A stretch of DNA of 64,000 bases from Myxococcota bacterium (GTDB taxonomy: Bacteria > Myxococcota_A > SURF-8 > G963663525): NCBI GenBank assembly GCA_963676915.2, contig CAXXVK010000006.1, positions 66,089 through 130,088 on the forward strand, read 5' to 3'. Shown here piece by piece: positions 10,692 to 21,123 of the stretch; positions within the stretch are counted from its first letter, which is position 1, and each line of letters starts with the position of its first letter. The notes beneath the pieces are model-generated. The model was not told where the DNA came from. It made no database searches and saw only the letters and a program-made list of their open reading frames with translations. The position numbers and the translations under genes are program-made.

Positions 10692-11150
10692 ATGTCGTTG
10701 TTGGAAGAATTCAGTAATCGTTTGAAAGAGGCCATGAAATCTCGCAATCAACAGGAATTGGGTGTGTTGCGGATGGTCAAGACCCGGTTTCAGCAGAAAA
10801 AAACGGAAAAAGGCTTTTCCGGCGAATTGACGGACGATGTGGCTCGCGAAGTCATCGGGCAGTATGTCAAGCAAATGAAACGTGCCTTGGAGGATTTCGA
10901 ACGTGCCGGAGCACAGGGTGAGGAAAAAGCTGCCCAGGCTCGTTTCGAAGTCGAATATCTCAAGGATTTTCTGCCACAGGTGATGTCCGAGGAACAGACC
11001 CTCGAATTAGTAAAATCGGTAATTGCCGAACAGGGGCTGGACCAACCCAACCACGCCGGGCGCGTTGTCGGAGCGGTGATGAAAAACCACAAGGGCAAAG
11101 TGGACCCCGCGTTGGTCAAAAAACTGGCAACCGAACTTCTTGCCGGATAA
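10692..11150 (+). CDS. yqeY: GatB/YqeY domain protein
   Basis: 'LKEAMKSRNQQELGVLRMVK', 'EVEYLKDFLPQ', 'GRVVGAVM...GKVD'. AAGGAG RBS. Confidence 0.88.
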   Translation: MSLLEEFSNRLKEAMKSRNQQELGVLRMVKTRFQQKKTEKGFSGELTDDVAREVIGQYVKQMKRALEDFERAGAQGEEKAAQARFEVEYLKDFLPQVMSEEQTLELVKSVIAEQGLDQPNHAGRVVGAVMKNHKGKVDPALVKKLATELLAG

Positions 11151-11191
11151 CCGAGGATTCTCGGACTATTTTCTTTAGCATTGGTGCATCG

Positions 11192-12109
11192 ATGAATCTC
11201 TACAAGCGTTTTTCCGAGTTTCCGTCCAACGAAGGCAGGATCGTACTGACGGCGGGCAATTTCGACGGTGTTCATATGGGACACCGAGCCCTTCTCGAAC
11301 ATACCGTTCAGCGAGCGCGTCAACTGGCCGCCAAGGCTGTGTTCGTCACCTTCGACCCACATCCCGTGCAGCTTTTTAAACCGGGAAGTTTCACGCCCCT
11401 ACAAACTTTGCGTGAGCGGGTCGATGCCATGGCGCGACTCGAACCGTATGCCATTGGGGTCGTCGAATTCAACCGTGATCTTGCCGATACTCCGGCTCGG
11501 GAGTTTTTTACGCATTTTTTGTTGAAAAAGCTCGATTTGGCGGGTGTTGTCCTTGGATGGAATTCGACGTTTGGTAAAGGTCGCGAAGGGACAGCCGAGA
11601 AAATCTCCGAATTCGGCAAGGAAATGGGATTTGAGGTGGACATCTTCCCTGCCTACATGTGGGAAGGTAAACCCGTCAGTTCGACACGTATTCGCAACGC
11701 GATTGCTGATGGTGATTGCCGAGCCGCCGCCGCCATGCTGGGGCATCCCTACGTGCTTCGGGGACATGTCGTCAAAGGATTTCAACGGGGCCGCAAACTG
11801 GGATTTCCTACCGCCAATCTCAGCCGTCAAAGTTGTATTGTTCCTGCCAATGGGGTTTATGGCGGGTATTGTATCGTCGATGGTCAACGGCATCTTGCGG
11901 CGATCAGTGTTGGCACTAATCCCACCTTCGGAAATCTTGAGCAATCTGTGGAAGCTTTCATTCTGGATTTCGATAAAGAAATCTACGGCGAGACCATCGA
12001 AATCGAATTTGCCATGCATGTACGTAGCGGAAAGAAATTCGCCAACGTGGACGAACTGATTGCCGAAATGACCAGGGACGTGCAGCGCATCAGGGAGAGT
12101 CTCGATTAG
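11192..12109 (+). CDS. ribF: Bifunctional riboflavin kinase/FAD synthetase
   Basis: 'GNFDGVHMGH', 'TFDPHP', 'SSTRIR', 'GRKLGFPTAN', 'GTNPTF', 'VEAFILDF'. Confidence 0.97.
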   Translation: MNLYKRFSEFPSNEGRIVLTAGNFDGVHMGHRALLEHTVQRARQLAAKAVFVTFDPHPVQLFKPGSFTPLQTLRERVDAMARLEPYAIGVVEFNRDLADTPAREFFTHFLLKKLDLAGVVLGWNSTFGKGREGTAEKISEFGKEMGFEVDIFPAYMWEGKPVSSTRIRNAIADGDCRAAAAMLGHPYVLRGHVVKGFQRGRKLGFPTANLSRQSCIVPANGVYGGYCIVDGQRHLAAISVGTNPTFGNLEQSVEAFILDFDKEIYGETIEIEFAMHVRSGKKFANVDELIAEMTRDVQRIRESLD

Positions 12110-12149
12110 GGATTTTTCAAAATCATCGAAGCCGGGGCGGCATACGCTG

Positions 12150-13301
12150 GTGATTACCAGTTCGTACCCTCGTCACCCCAGAGATTACGCCGGGGCTTTC
12201 GTGGAACGGTCCCTGGAGTATTACGCCGATTCCGGTGGCGTAACCGTGGTTTGTCCCGACGATCGGCGTGTTCGGAGAAAAGAATTGCCTGCCGAGGGTA
12301 TCCGGGTAGTTCGTTCTGGGATGTTGTTTCGCAAATTACCCGGTCCGTTTTACGGTTCCGGCGCTCCGGTGAATCTAAAAAATCCTTTCAAAGTGGCGCT
12401 GATTCCCTATGCCGTCGGTGCTTTGGCTCGCGAAGCCTGGAGCAAAGCCGTCGATGCATCCGGTGTTGTCAGTCATTGGATCGTACCGGCAGGATTGATC
12501 GGCGCTGCGGTGCGTGAGCGCTACGAACTGCCGCATCAGCTTATTGTACACGGATCGGACTGGATGACGCTCCAGCGTGCACCGGGTGGAATCACACTGG
12601 CTCGCTGGATTTTCGAGCGTTCGGACGATATCGTGGCCGTTAATCCGCAAATCGCCGAAGAAATCCGCAGCGTAGGTCGAAATTCTTTTTCCCATCGTCT
12701 GCGCGTCGTTCCGATGGGTATCGATACCGAACCATTCCAGCGTCTGGCCATGCACGAAAAACCGGAAGGTGTGTTGCGTATCGGTTTTCTCGGGCGCTTG
12801 ATTCGGGGAAAAGGGGCGCGGTTACTGGTAGATGCTTTGAAAAATGTTGAAGGCGTTCGATTGGAAATCGGTGGGGAAGGGTACTTATTTCACGAAATCG
12901 AGCGTATGGCCCGAATGCAGCGGATGCCTCTGAAAATGCTGGGACCGCTGGAAGATGAGCGAAAGCTTCAGTTTTTCAGGCGTTCACATATCGTGGCGGT
13001 CTGTTCGCGCTCTATGCCGGATTTTCGGGAAGGCTGTCCGCAGGTTCTTTTGGAAGCGATGGCTTCGGGTTGTGCGGTGGTCGGTTCGGACTCGGGTGGT
13101 ATTCCCTCTGTGATCGAGCACGAACGCAACGGACTGCTCGTTCCTCCTGGTGACGAGAGAGCGTTAAGGATGACTATCGAGCGTTTGCGCGACGATCCTG
13201 AATTACGCCTCCGTTTGGGTAAAGCGGCGGCCGAAGATGCTAAAAACTATGACTGGGAACGCATCGGTCCACGACTCGTTGAAGGATTCGAGCGGGAGTG
13301 A
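12150..13301 (+). CDS. Glycosyltransferase family 4
   Basis: GT-B motifs 'FLGRLIRGKG' and 'EGCPQVLLEAMASGCAVVGSDSGGIP'. Start uncertain. Confidence 0.9.
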   Translation: MITSSYPRHPRDYAGAFVERSLEYYADSGGVTVVCPDDRRVRRKELPAEGIRVVRSGMLFRKLPGPFYGSGAPVNLKNPFKVALIPYAVGALAREAWSKAVDASGVVSHWIVPAGLIGAAVRERYELPHQLIVHGSDWMTLQRAPGGITLARWIFERSDDIVAVNPQIAEEIRSVGRNSFSHRLRVVPMGIDTEPFQRLAMHEKPEGVLRIGFLGRLIRGKGARLLVDALKNVEGVRLEIGGEGYLFHEIERMARMQRMPLKMLGPLEDERKLQFFRRSHIVAVCSRSMPDFREGCPQVLLEAMASGCAVVGSDSGGIPSVIEHERNGLLVPPGDERALRMTIERLRDDPELRLRLGKAAAEDAKNYDWERIGPRLVEGFERE

Positions 13302-13310
13302 ACGAGCGTT

Positions 13311-15692
13311 TTAATCAGCTTGTAACGTTTCCGGGGGAAATACGGTATCGGCACAGCAACGGAACCCGAATTTCTCCGAACGATCGAAGGTTTGCGTCTG
13401 ATTCTGGCATCGGGATTGATAATCGCTGTACGTTCCTCCCATGGTAGCATGTCCCGAAACGCCTTGAATGGTTGAAGTAAACTCCGCCACATTGCCAGAC
13501 AGATCATACACTCCGTTTTGACTGATGCATTGATTGAGATATCCGGTAGGCATCAGTTTCGCCGGGTCGTTGAGCGAATAACGCCCATCGTTGCAGATGT
13601 TGTCCATTTCGGTATCGCCGTATGGGAAATCCGTGGCCGGGTCACCTTCACAAGCGGCAACCCATTCTTCCAAGGTACAAAGCCGTTTTTCCGCTCGCTC
13701 GCAGGCGGCAGCGGCATCGTCGGGCGTGAGATCATACCAGGGAATTTTTCCCGGAAGGCTTTGAGCCGCTTCGTTTTCGTATTCTTCTTCTCCATCGAGG
13801 CAGGGATTTTCACGGAACGTTGCATCGTTGCAAGAAGCTTCGTAGCGATCGATACAAACCCTGTGTCCGGGAATCGGAACCATGTTTTCCGGGCAGCGAT
13901 TGGTCGGACAGTAGCCCCGTTCGACGATGGCACCGATAAAGGATTCCGAATACCCTCCAGCCGAGTCGTTGAACGCGAACTGGATGGTTCCGGGTTTGTC
14001 GTAGCTATACACGCCTCGTTTTCCGGCATACCGGCCGGGGTAATCGATGACCGAATATCGTAGCACGAGTGAATAACGTAGCGCTGACGAAACCAGGCAG
14101 TCGGGACCGCAGGTCTCTCCAAGTTTTCCTGCCGGGGAATAGCAGATCGAGGTTGTGCCGTTATCGGGACAGCCTCCCGGATCGAGCAGGAAGGATTGTT
14201 TGGGAAGCAGAGAGATGTCGGTGACCGTCCAATCGGAAATGGCAGGGATCATCATCAATTGACGATTGCATAGATTTTCGCAGGCCAACTCACGGATTTC
14301 GTAGCTTTCCAGCGGTACGCACAGATGTTCCGCACCGGCGAGGTAAGCGAGGTCGTTTTCGTCGAGACCATTGGGTGAAAGGTACAAATTATCGAGCATT
14401 CCTTTGAAGGGATATTGCAGGGCGTTTTCGTCATCCAAGCTACCACCGAGCACGATGGGTGCTTCGCTTTCCTGCAAGAAGGCCATGACTTCTTTGGTGT
14501 CGCCATCTTTTTCGCCATCGATATACAAGGTCAGGTTGCCGTTGTCGAAAATTATGGCTACATGCGTCCATTTGTCTCTTGCAAGTGTCTGTTCTCCCTG
14601 AATAAATTGCTGGTCACCCAGTGCGTCCCCAAGCCTGAAAACAACCTTGCCTTGTTCGATGCTCAGTTGAAAATCCGGGGCGTCGCCTTTGGTTAGCAGG
14701 ATTTCTTTGCCGGAATCCGGGGCATCCCATTCCGGTTTGATGTTGACTGCCAGACTCAGAGTCCGAGAGTAGCTTCCAAAATTGTCGAGAATGTATGCAC
14801 GCTGTTCGAGACCATTGAAAGACAATCCTGTGTCGTATTTGTTATCGGTACGCAGGACAGCATTTCCGAGGTTGACGGAGGTGGAACAGTAGCGATCCGG
14901 GGCGGCAATTTCGGAATTCAACTCGAAATTGAAGGCAAGAGGCTCACGCTCTTGTTCGCAGGCGGGTACGTAACAGACGGCGTCGGCGCAGGCCCAGTTC
15001 GCAGGGCATTCTTCAATATCGTAGTCTGTGCCGTCCAGGTAACAGGTTTTTATCGCGGCTCGGTCTTCCAGGCACTCGGAGGTTCCACCCTCGCAAAGCA
15101 AAGGACCGCATTCCCCCGTTTCGGGGTGGCAGAATTCGTCGGCCTGGCAGGTCTTCTGGTCGAATCCTTCACCTGATTCACGGCAGGTGGTGGATACGAA
15201 TTTGCTGTCGCAGGTGGTGCAACCAGGTTCGCATTTTCCGTCGAGATCCAAAGGACACTCGGCAACGAATCCTTCTTCCGGCTCGATATCGCCGTCATCA
15301 TCGCCATCAACCGGAGCGGGTTCGGTCTGACAACGTCCCGAGACGCAGTATTCTCCCGTGTCGCAGTCATCTTCCGAGGTACAGGGTGGTTGGCAGGTGT
15401 TGGTGTCGAGATCGCAATAACCCTCACAATGGCTGTCGTAGAGGCATTCGAGGCATTGGCGGGTGGTCCGGTCACAAATTTTATCGTCAAGGCAGTCTGC
15501 GGAAGACGTACATGCGCTGATGCAGGTGCCGGAGGAAGGCGAGCACCATGCGCCGGAGATGCCCGAGCATTCGGTGTCGGTTGTGCAGGTTTGAGCCTCC
15601 TCGTCGCCGCCGTTTTGATTCGTTCCCGTATCTTCACAAGCCAACAAGCAGGCAATCAGAAGAAATCCGAATAGAAATTTGAAACCGTTCAT
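13311..15692 (-). CDS. Cys-rich lipoprotein with LamG-like jellyroll, possible LecA-like lectin domain and C-terminal FGE-sulfatase (SUMF1) domain
   Basis: Lipobox 'LLAC'; CxxDxxC repeats; LamG-like 'WTHVAIIFDNGNLTLYIDG'; FGE-like 'IDRYEAS', 'KRLCTLEEW', 'GVYDLSGNVAEF', 'GFRCC'. Confidence 0.8.
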   Translation of the reverse strand: MNGFKFLFGFLLIACLLACEDTGTNQNGGDEEAQTCTTDTECSGISGAWCSPSSGTCISACTSSADCLDDKICDRTTRQCLECLYDSHCEGYCDLDTNTCQPPCTSEDDCDTGEYCVSGRCQTEPAPVDGDDDGDIEPEEGFVAECPLDLDGKCEPGCTTCDSKFVSTTCRESGEGFDQKTCQADEFCHPETGECGPLLCEGGTSECLEDRAAIKTCYLDGTDYDIEECPANWACADAVCYVPACEQEREPLAFNFELNSEIAAPDRYCSTSVNLGNAVLRTDNKYDTGLSFNGLEQRAYILDNFGSYSRTLSLAVNIKPEWDAPDSGKEILLTKGDAPDFQLSIEQGKVVFRLGDALGDQQFIQGEQTLARDKWTHVAIIFDNGNLTLYIDGEKDGDTKEVMAFLQESEAPIVLGGSLDDENALQYPFKGMLDNLYLSPNGLDENDLAYLAGAEHLCVPLESYEIRELACENLCNRQLMMIPAISDWTVTDISLLPKQSFLLDPGGCPDNGTTSICYSPAGKLGETCGPDCLVSSALRYSLVLRYSVIDYPGRYAGKRGVYSYDKPGTIQFAFNDSAGGYSESFIGAIVERGYCPTNRCPENMVPIPGHRVCIDRYEASCNDATFRENPCLDGEEEYENEAAQSLPGKIPWYDLTPDDAAAACERAEKRLCTLEEWVAACEGDPATDFPYGDTEMDNICNDGRYSLNDPAKLMPTGYLNQCISQNGVYDLSGNVAEFTSTIQGVSGHATMGGTYSDYQSRCQNQTQTFDRSEKFGFRCCADTVFPPETLQAD

Positions 15693-15864
15693 GGGTTTTG
15701 AGCCTCCCGAAAACGCAGAATGTATCATCCAGAGATTAGACTCTCTTTTCGGCGAAATATATCACAACTGGATGAGAATGACAGGGGAGAACGCTCAAAG
15801 CTGCGGGTTTTTGCGCAGATTGGCTCGTTTTTTTACGATTTTACGGTGAGGATTTCAGAGGTGG

Positions 15865-15920
15865 AAAAGGAAAGGCATGGAGTCTCCCGAAAAAAAATAA
15901 AGGGGTGAGAGACTCCATAC
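15865..15920 (-). terminator. Probable intrinsic terminator of the arg operon
   Basis: Inverted repeat ATGGAGTCTC (15877-15886)/GAGACTCCAT (15909-15918), followed on the minus strand by pyrimidine/U-rich sequence, just after argH. Confidence 0.55.
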
Positions 15921-15938
15921 CCGGGAAAAACCGGTTGA

Positions 15939-17333
15939 TCAATTGGCGTTGATCGTTGGTTCGGCGATCCGTTCCAACCAGTCGTCCAATTGCTTTACGA
16001 ATTCCAGCACCCGGTTCGGTGCTGCACCTCCTTGCACGTCGCGATGTCGGATGGAGGCTTCGAAATCGAGCGCCAATGCTTCCGGTGAAAGCTGCGGGAA
16101 GCGTTTTTGGCGCTCTTCCAGGTCTGTATCCAGCGAGTTTCGTCCTGACTGCTCCAGTTCTGCGACCCAACGGGCGACTTCACCGTGAGCGGCACGAAAC
16201 GGAACGCCTGCTTCCACAAGACGGTCGGCAAGATCGGTGGCGAGCATGTCGCCACTGAGCGTACGAGCCATGTTCTCGGGGAAAAAGGTCACGTCGACTA
16301 AGGCTTCGGTCATAACTCTGACGACGAGCTTTGTGGTGTCCACGGCATCGAACAAAGCCTGTTTGTCTTCCTGGAGATCTTTGGCGTAAGAGAGCGGCAC
16401 GCCCTTGGTGAGCGTCAATAGCGCCGTGGATTGTCCAATGACACGCGCTGCCTTGCCACGAACCAGTTCCATAGCATCGGGGTTGCGTTTTTGCGGCATC
16501 ATAGACGATCCCGTGGACCAGCGATCCGAAAACCGCAGGTAACCGAAGGATGGATGACTCCAGAACACGAATTGCTCGGCATACCTGGACAGGTGCGTTA
16601 CGAGAATCGCGCATGCACTTGCTGTTTCCTGGGCAGCATCCCGGTCGGCGATGGCGTCGAGGCTGTTGGGTAGTACATTCTCGAACCCCAATGCATTTGC
16701 AAGTTTTTTGCGGTCCACCTTGAACCCGGAACCTGCCAGAGCGCCACACCCCAGAGGACATAGCGCGGCTCGGTGGCGGGCGTCGGCCAGGCGGTCGAAA
16801 TCTCGAAGCAGCGCGGCGGCCAGGGAGGACAGAAAATGTCCCAGCGTGATCGGCTGGGCCGGTTGCAGATGTGTGGTGCCTGCCAACAGGGTTGCGGCGT
16901 GGGTTTCGATAGGATCGCGCAATACACGAACAAGGGCGGCGACATCGTCCATCAACCCGCTCAAAGCATCCATGACATAGAGTCGCAGATCGGTTGCCAC
17001 CTGGTCGTTTCGACTGCGGCCGGTATGGATTTTAGCCCCGGTTTCGTCAAGACGTTCGGTCAGGAAACGCTCGACCAACGTATGCACGTCTTCGTCATCC
17101 GGCAGAACGTCGAAGGCTCCGGCATGGAATTCTTTGAGAAGCGCGTCTAGTTCCCGTTCGACGTTCGCCACTTCCTCGGCGCTGAAAACACCGATACGCC
17201 CCAATTCGCTCGCCCATGCACGATTGACGGCCACATCGTAGGGCAACAGGCGAATGTCTACGGGAAGCGAACGGTTGAGCGCGTCCATCAATTCGGAAAC
17301 GGGCAAGTTCAGGCGGCCTTCGTACAGCGTCAT
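15939..17333 (-). CDS. argH: Argininosuccinate lyase
   Basis: 'EDVH', 'IHTGRSRNDQVATD', 'THLQPAQP', 'STGSSMMPQKRNPD', 'DLQEDK'. Confidence 0.97.
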   Translation of the reverse strand: MTLYEGRLNLPVSELMDALNRSLPVDIRLLPYDVAVNRAWASELGRIGVFSAEEVANVERELDALLKEFHAGAFDVLPDDEDVHTLVERFLTERLDETGAKIHTGRSRNDQVATDLRLYVMDALSGLMDDVAALVRVLRDPIETHAATLLAGTTHLQPAQPITLGHFLSSLAAALLRDFDRLADARHRAALCPLGCGALAGSGFKVDRKKLANALGFENVLPNSLDAIADRDAAQETASACAILVTHLSRYAEQFVFWSHPSFGYLRFSDRWSTGSSMMPQKRNPDAMELVRGKAARVIGQSTALLTLTKGVPLSYAKDLQEDKQALFDAVDTTKLVVRVMTEALVDVTFFPENMARTLSGDMLATDLADRLVEAGVPFRAAHGEVARWVAELEQSGRNSLDTDLEERQKRFPQLSPEALALDFEASIRHRDVQGGAAPNRVLEFVKQLDDWLERIAEPTINAN

Positions 17334-17334
17334 G

Positions 17335-18615
17335 TCAGTCTCTCTTGAAGGAATCCCGGTACTTCGAGTATTTCGGCGCGGTATATCCTTTCAGACCATC
17401 GCCGCCTTCCATTTCGATCAGCGTGCGAACCTGGATCGGCAACCCATACAGGTTGATGAAGCCTTCCGCGTCCTTTTGGTTGTAAACGTCGTCCTCACCG
17501 AATGTGGCGAAATCTTCGCGGTACAGACTGTAGGGAGAACGTCGACCCCGGACGATGACGTTGCCTTTGTACAGCAACAGCCGGACTTCTCCGGTGACGT
17601 TTTGTTGGGTTTCCTGGAAAAAGGCGTCGAGTGCTTCACGCAGGGGCACGAAATAGCGACCGTTATAGATCAACTCTGCATATTTTGGAGCGAGTTGTTC
17701 TTTGAAATGCAAGGTTTCGCCATCGAGCACGAGGGTTTCCAATTCATGATGGGCGGAGTAAAGAATCGTTCCGCCCGGTGTTTCATAGACACCGCGTGAT
17801 TTCATTCCGACGAGGCGGTTTTCTACCAGATCCACTCGCCCGATGGCGTGGTCACGACCGATGGTGTTGAGTTGCGTCAGCAATTCGGCGGGAGAGTAGC
17901 TTTTGCCGTCGATGGTTTTCGGGAATCCTTTTTCGAATCCGATGGTGACTTCCCGGCCTTCGTCCGGTGCGTCCCAGGGATGGCGGGTCAACTGGTAGAT
18001 ATGCGGTGGCGCGGCTTGCCACGGATCTTCCAGTTCTCCGCCCTCGCTGGACAGGTGCAGCAGGTTGCGGTCGTGGCTGTAGACGCCTCGCTTTTTCACT
18101 TTGAGTTCCACGTTATGTTTTTCGGCATAGGCAACGGCGTCTTCGCGGGAGCGGATATCCCAGATGCGCCACGGAGCAATGATCGGAATTTTCGGGTTGA
18201 AGGCTTTGAACGCCAACTCGAAACGTACTTGATCGTTGCCTTTTCCCGTGCATCCGTGTGCTACGGCATCGGCGCCTTCGCTTTCTACCGTGTCCATCAT
18301 GTGCTTGGCGATCAACGGACGAGCAATGCTTGTTCCCAGCAGATAGCGCCCTTCGTAAATTGCACCGGTCTGGATCATCGGGAAGATGTAGTCGGCGCAG
18401 AATTCTTCCTGTAGATCGGCGATGACGACTTTGCTTGCGCCAGTCTTGATCGCTCGTTCTTCCAGACCGTCCAACTCTTCGTCACCCTGCCCGACGTTGC
18501 CGACGAAGGCGATGACTTCGCAGCCGTATTTTTCCTTGAGCCAGGGAATGATGATCGAGGTGTCCAGCCCTCCCGAATAGGCGAGCACGGCTTTTTTAAT
18601 GGATAGGTTTTCCAT
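17335..18615 (-). CDS. argG: Argininosuccinate synthase
   Basis: '[10 protein letters not shown]', '[10 protein letters not shown]', '[14 protein letters not shown]', '[17 protein letters not shown]'. Confidence 0.98.
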   Translation of the reverse strand: MENLSIKKAVLAYSGGLDTSIIIPWLKEKYGCEVIAFVGNVGQGDEELDGLEERAIKTGASKVVIADLQEEFCADYIFPMIQTGAIYEGRYLLGTSIARPLIAKHMMDTVESEGADAVAHGCTGKGNDQVRFELAFKAFNPKIPIIAPWRIWDIRSREDAVAYAEKHNVELKVKKRGVYSHDRNLLHLSSEGGELEDPWQAAPPHIYQLTRHPWDAPDEGREVTIGFEKGFPKTIDGKSYSPAELLTQLNTIGRDHAIGRVDLVENRLVGMKSRGVYETPGGTILYSAHHELETLVLDGETLHFKEQLAPKYAELIYNGRYFVPLREALDAFFQETQQNVTGEVRLLLYKGNVIVRGRRSPYSLYREDFATFGEDDVYNQKDAEGFINLYGLPIQVRTLIEMEGGDGLKGYTAPKYSKYRDSFKRD

Positions 18616-18668
18616 GATGTTCCTCCGTTCCGGCGTTGGGCCGGGTATTGATAGAGCGTGTTATTTGT

Positions 18669-19097
18669 TTAAAATACCTGGTCTTTCAGGTGGTTCATCC
18701 ATCTGTCACGTTGTTCTTTTGAATTGAAGGCCGCAAACACCGTGTCGTCTCCCGCGATGGTTCCGGTCAGATCGTCATCTTCCGCAGCATCGAGTACGAC
18801 CGCCACCGAACTGGCGTATCCCAGAGTAGTGTGAACCACTGCCATGTAGGGGCCAGCGGGTAGAAGTTTGAGAATGCGCCCTTTTAATTTTGAAATTTCA
18901 CCATCCGATTGCGTCGGTACGGCGTAACGTCCTGAAACTTTGGAAAGATTCAAGGCGCGGATATCTCTCGAAACCGTTGTTTGCGTCGTTTCGAAACCCC
19001 GTTTGGAGAGCTTTTCACGAAACTCGGTTTGCGTCGCGATGTTTTCTTCTCGCACCATCTCCAAAATGGTTTCGCGTCTTCTCTGGGTTTCGGACAT
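18669..19097 (-). CDS. argR: Arginine repressor
   Basis: wHTH 'TQTTVSRDI' and arginine-binding 'GTIAGDDTVF'. Confidence 0.96.
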   Translation of the reverse strand: MSETQRRRETILEMVREENIATQTEFREKLSKRGFETTQTTVSRDIRALNLSKVSGRYAVPTQSDGEISKLKGRILKLLPAGPYMAVVHTTLGYASSVAVVLDAAEDDDLTGTIAGDDTVFAAFNSKEQRDRWMNHLKDQVF

Positions 19098-19109
19098 TAC
19101 GATATTCCT

Positions 19110-20186
19110 TCAATCTTCCAGGTTGCCAAAAAACGAGAGCGCCAGTTGCGTATACCCTTCGATACCTTTCTCCAACTCTTCGATAGAAATCCATTCGTTC
19201 GGCTGATGGGAGCGCGCCGGGTCGCCGGGACCGACTTTGATGGCCGGAATCTCTCGCCGAGCCAGAGCCGCCCAGTCGCTGGCGGCATCCGAAGCGAAAA
19301 ATCGCTGTTTGGCGAGCGCTTGTTTTGCCGCACGTAAAATTCGTGCGTTGTCCGGTGTCCGGCAGGGAACCCACTGATCGTCAATCACACGTAGGGTTCC
19401 TTCTATCGTTTGTTCAATAATCTCGGTAAGTTCCTGGTGAGTATAGCTCGGCGTACTGCGAAGATCCAACACGGCTGTGGCATATGGGGGCGTTACGTTA
19501 TCGGCGACTCCCGCTTTCAGGCGTGTCGGTGTCAGGCGGATGTTTCCAAGTTCGTTGTGCACCCTATCGAATTGTAAGGCTTTCAGTCGCTGTAAATCAC
19601 TTGATAGCCGATAGATCGCGTTCGGACCATCGGTGCGTGCCGCATGTCCTTGAACGCCATTTGCGGAAAGTTCCAGCACCATCAAGCCTCGTTGCGAGGT
19701 GGCAACATCCATTTTTGTGGGTTCGCCAACCACTGCGCCGTCGATCGATCCGAGATTTTTCAATAATTTCGGCAGGGAAGGGCTGTTGCCTTCTTCTCCG
19801 ATGGAAAATGCAGCGATGGCGCGACCTTGTTTTAGTCCTTGCTGTTTTAATCGTATCATGGCGAACAACATCGCCGCCGCCGAACCTCTGGCATCTACTG
19901 CGCCACGACCATACAGCCGGTTTTCTTCGCGTACGGAACCAAATGGCGGATGCGTCCAGCCATCACCTGCCGGAACCGTATCGAGATGCGTACAGAACAA
20001 TAGCACTGGACCGGGTTTGTCCGCCGAAATCTCGAAAACGATGCCGTCTTCGGAAACGTCCGGTTTGAAACCCATACGCTCGACCCATTGGGCGGATCGT
20101 TCGAGGATCGCCGTTTCCCGGCCCGTTACGCCTTCAACGCAAAGCAGGTCGGCAAGCAGTTCAATTGGTTCAGGCGAGTTCTTCAT
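19110..20186 (-). CDS. argE: M20 family deacylase (acetylornithine/acylcitrulline deacylase)
   Basis: 'THLDTVP', 'LYGRGAVDARG', 'GEE', 'VVGEPT', 'SHQPNEWI'. Located in the arg operon. Confidence 0.85.
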   Translation of the reverse strand: MKNSPEPIELLADLLCVEGVTGRETAILERSAQWVERMGFKPDVSEDGIVFEISADKPGPVLLFCTHLDTVPAGDGWTHPPFGSVREENRLYGRGAVDARGSAAAMLFAMIRLKQQGLKQGRAIAAFSIGEEGNSPSLPKLLKNLGSIDGAVVGEPTKMDVATSQRGLMVLELSANGVQGHAARTDGPNAIYRLSSDLQRLKALQFDRVHNELGNIRLTPTRLKAGVADNVTPPYATAVLDLRSTPSYTHQELTEIIEQTIEGTLRVIDDQWVPCRTPDNARILRAAKQALAKQRFFASDAASDWAALARREIPAIKVGPGDPARSHQPNEWISIEELEKGIEGYTQLALSFFGNLED

Positions 20187-21090
20187 CCTGGTACTTTTGC
20201 TTTTCCCTCTGGTTGACGATCATCGTGCCGCATCCTTCACCTGTGAACAGTTCTACGAGCAATGAATCGGCAGGTTCCGTGCCGATAATGTGCGTACGTT
20301 CCACTCCTTGTTCTGCAGCATGGAGACAGGCTTCCAGCTTGGGACGCATTCCTGCATCGATGGCTCCCGACTCCAGCAACTCCACGAGGTCGTCCCGGTC
20401 GGCGAAGGGTATCAGCGTGGTGGGATCGTTTTTATCCTGCAACACGCCCGGAGCACCGGTCACGAAAATGAGTTTCTTGGCGTTCAGGGATACCGCGATG
20501 GCTTGGGCCAGACCGTCAGCGTTGATGTTGAGCAACGAGCCTTCTTTATCGGCACAGAGACAGGCGACGGTGGGGACGAATCCGGCTTCCAGTTGCGTTT
20601 GCAACAGGCCGTTGTCGATGCCGGAAATATCTCCTACGTGGCCGAAATCGACGAGTTTTTCCACGCCGTCGTCATCGGTGATTTTCACGGGAGGACGTTT
20701 GGAGGCACCGACCATGCGTCCATCCACGCCTGTCAGTCCCAGGGCTTTGACTCCGGCCTTGTTGAGTACGGCGCAGAAGTCGGTGTTGATCGTTCCGGCG
20801 TAGGTCATGACGGCGATGTCCAGCACTTTGTCGGAGGTCACCCGGCGCCCCGCGACGATTTCCGGTTCGATACCCAATTGACGTGAGAGACGAGTGGCCT
20901 GGGGACCACCGCCGTGCACGAGCACAATCCGGATGCCGAGGTCGCACAACAGGGCGATTTGCTCGACCAGCGAGTTTTTTTTGTTTTCATCGTCCAGAAT
21001 ACCGCCGCCGATTTTCAGGACGAATGTTTCGTTTCTGTACAGTCTGAAATAGGGTTGGGCTTGTTTCAACCCTTCGATTCTTGTGTTCAT
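20170..21090 (-). CDS. argB: Acetylglutamate kinase
   Basis: 'VLKIGG', 'LVHGGGPQ', 'GRRVT', 'LNINAD', 'GMRPKL', 'ELFTGEGCGT'. Likely start 21090 (alternative 21105). Confidence 0.93.
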   Translation of the reverse strand: MNTRIEGLKQAQPYFRLYRNETFVLKIGGGILDDENKKNSLVEQIALLCDLGIRIVLVHGGGPQATRLSRQLGIEPEIVAGRRVTSDKVLDIAVMTYAGTINTDFCAVLNKAGVKALGLTGVDGRMVGASKRPPVKITDDDGVEKLVDFGHVGDISGIDNGLLQTQLEAGFVPTVACLCADKEGSLLNINADGLAQAIAVSLNAKKLIFVTGAPGVLQDKNDPTTLIPFADRDDLVELLESGAIDAGMRPKLEACLHAAEQGVERTHIIGTEPADSLLVELFTGEGCGTMIVNQREKQKYQDEELA

Positions 21091-21123
21091 TGGAAAGTTC
21101 TCCATCGTGTGAAAACGGGTTGA

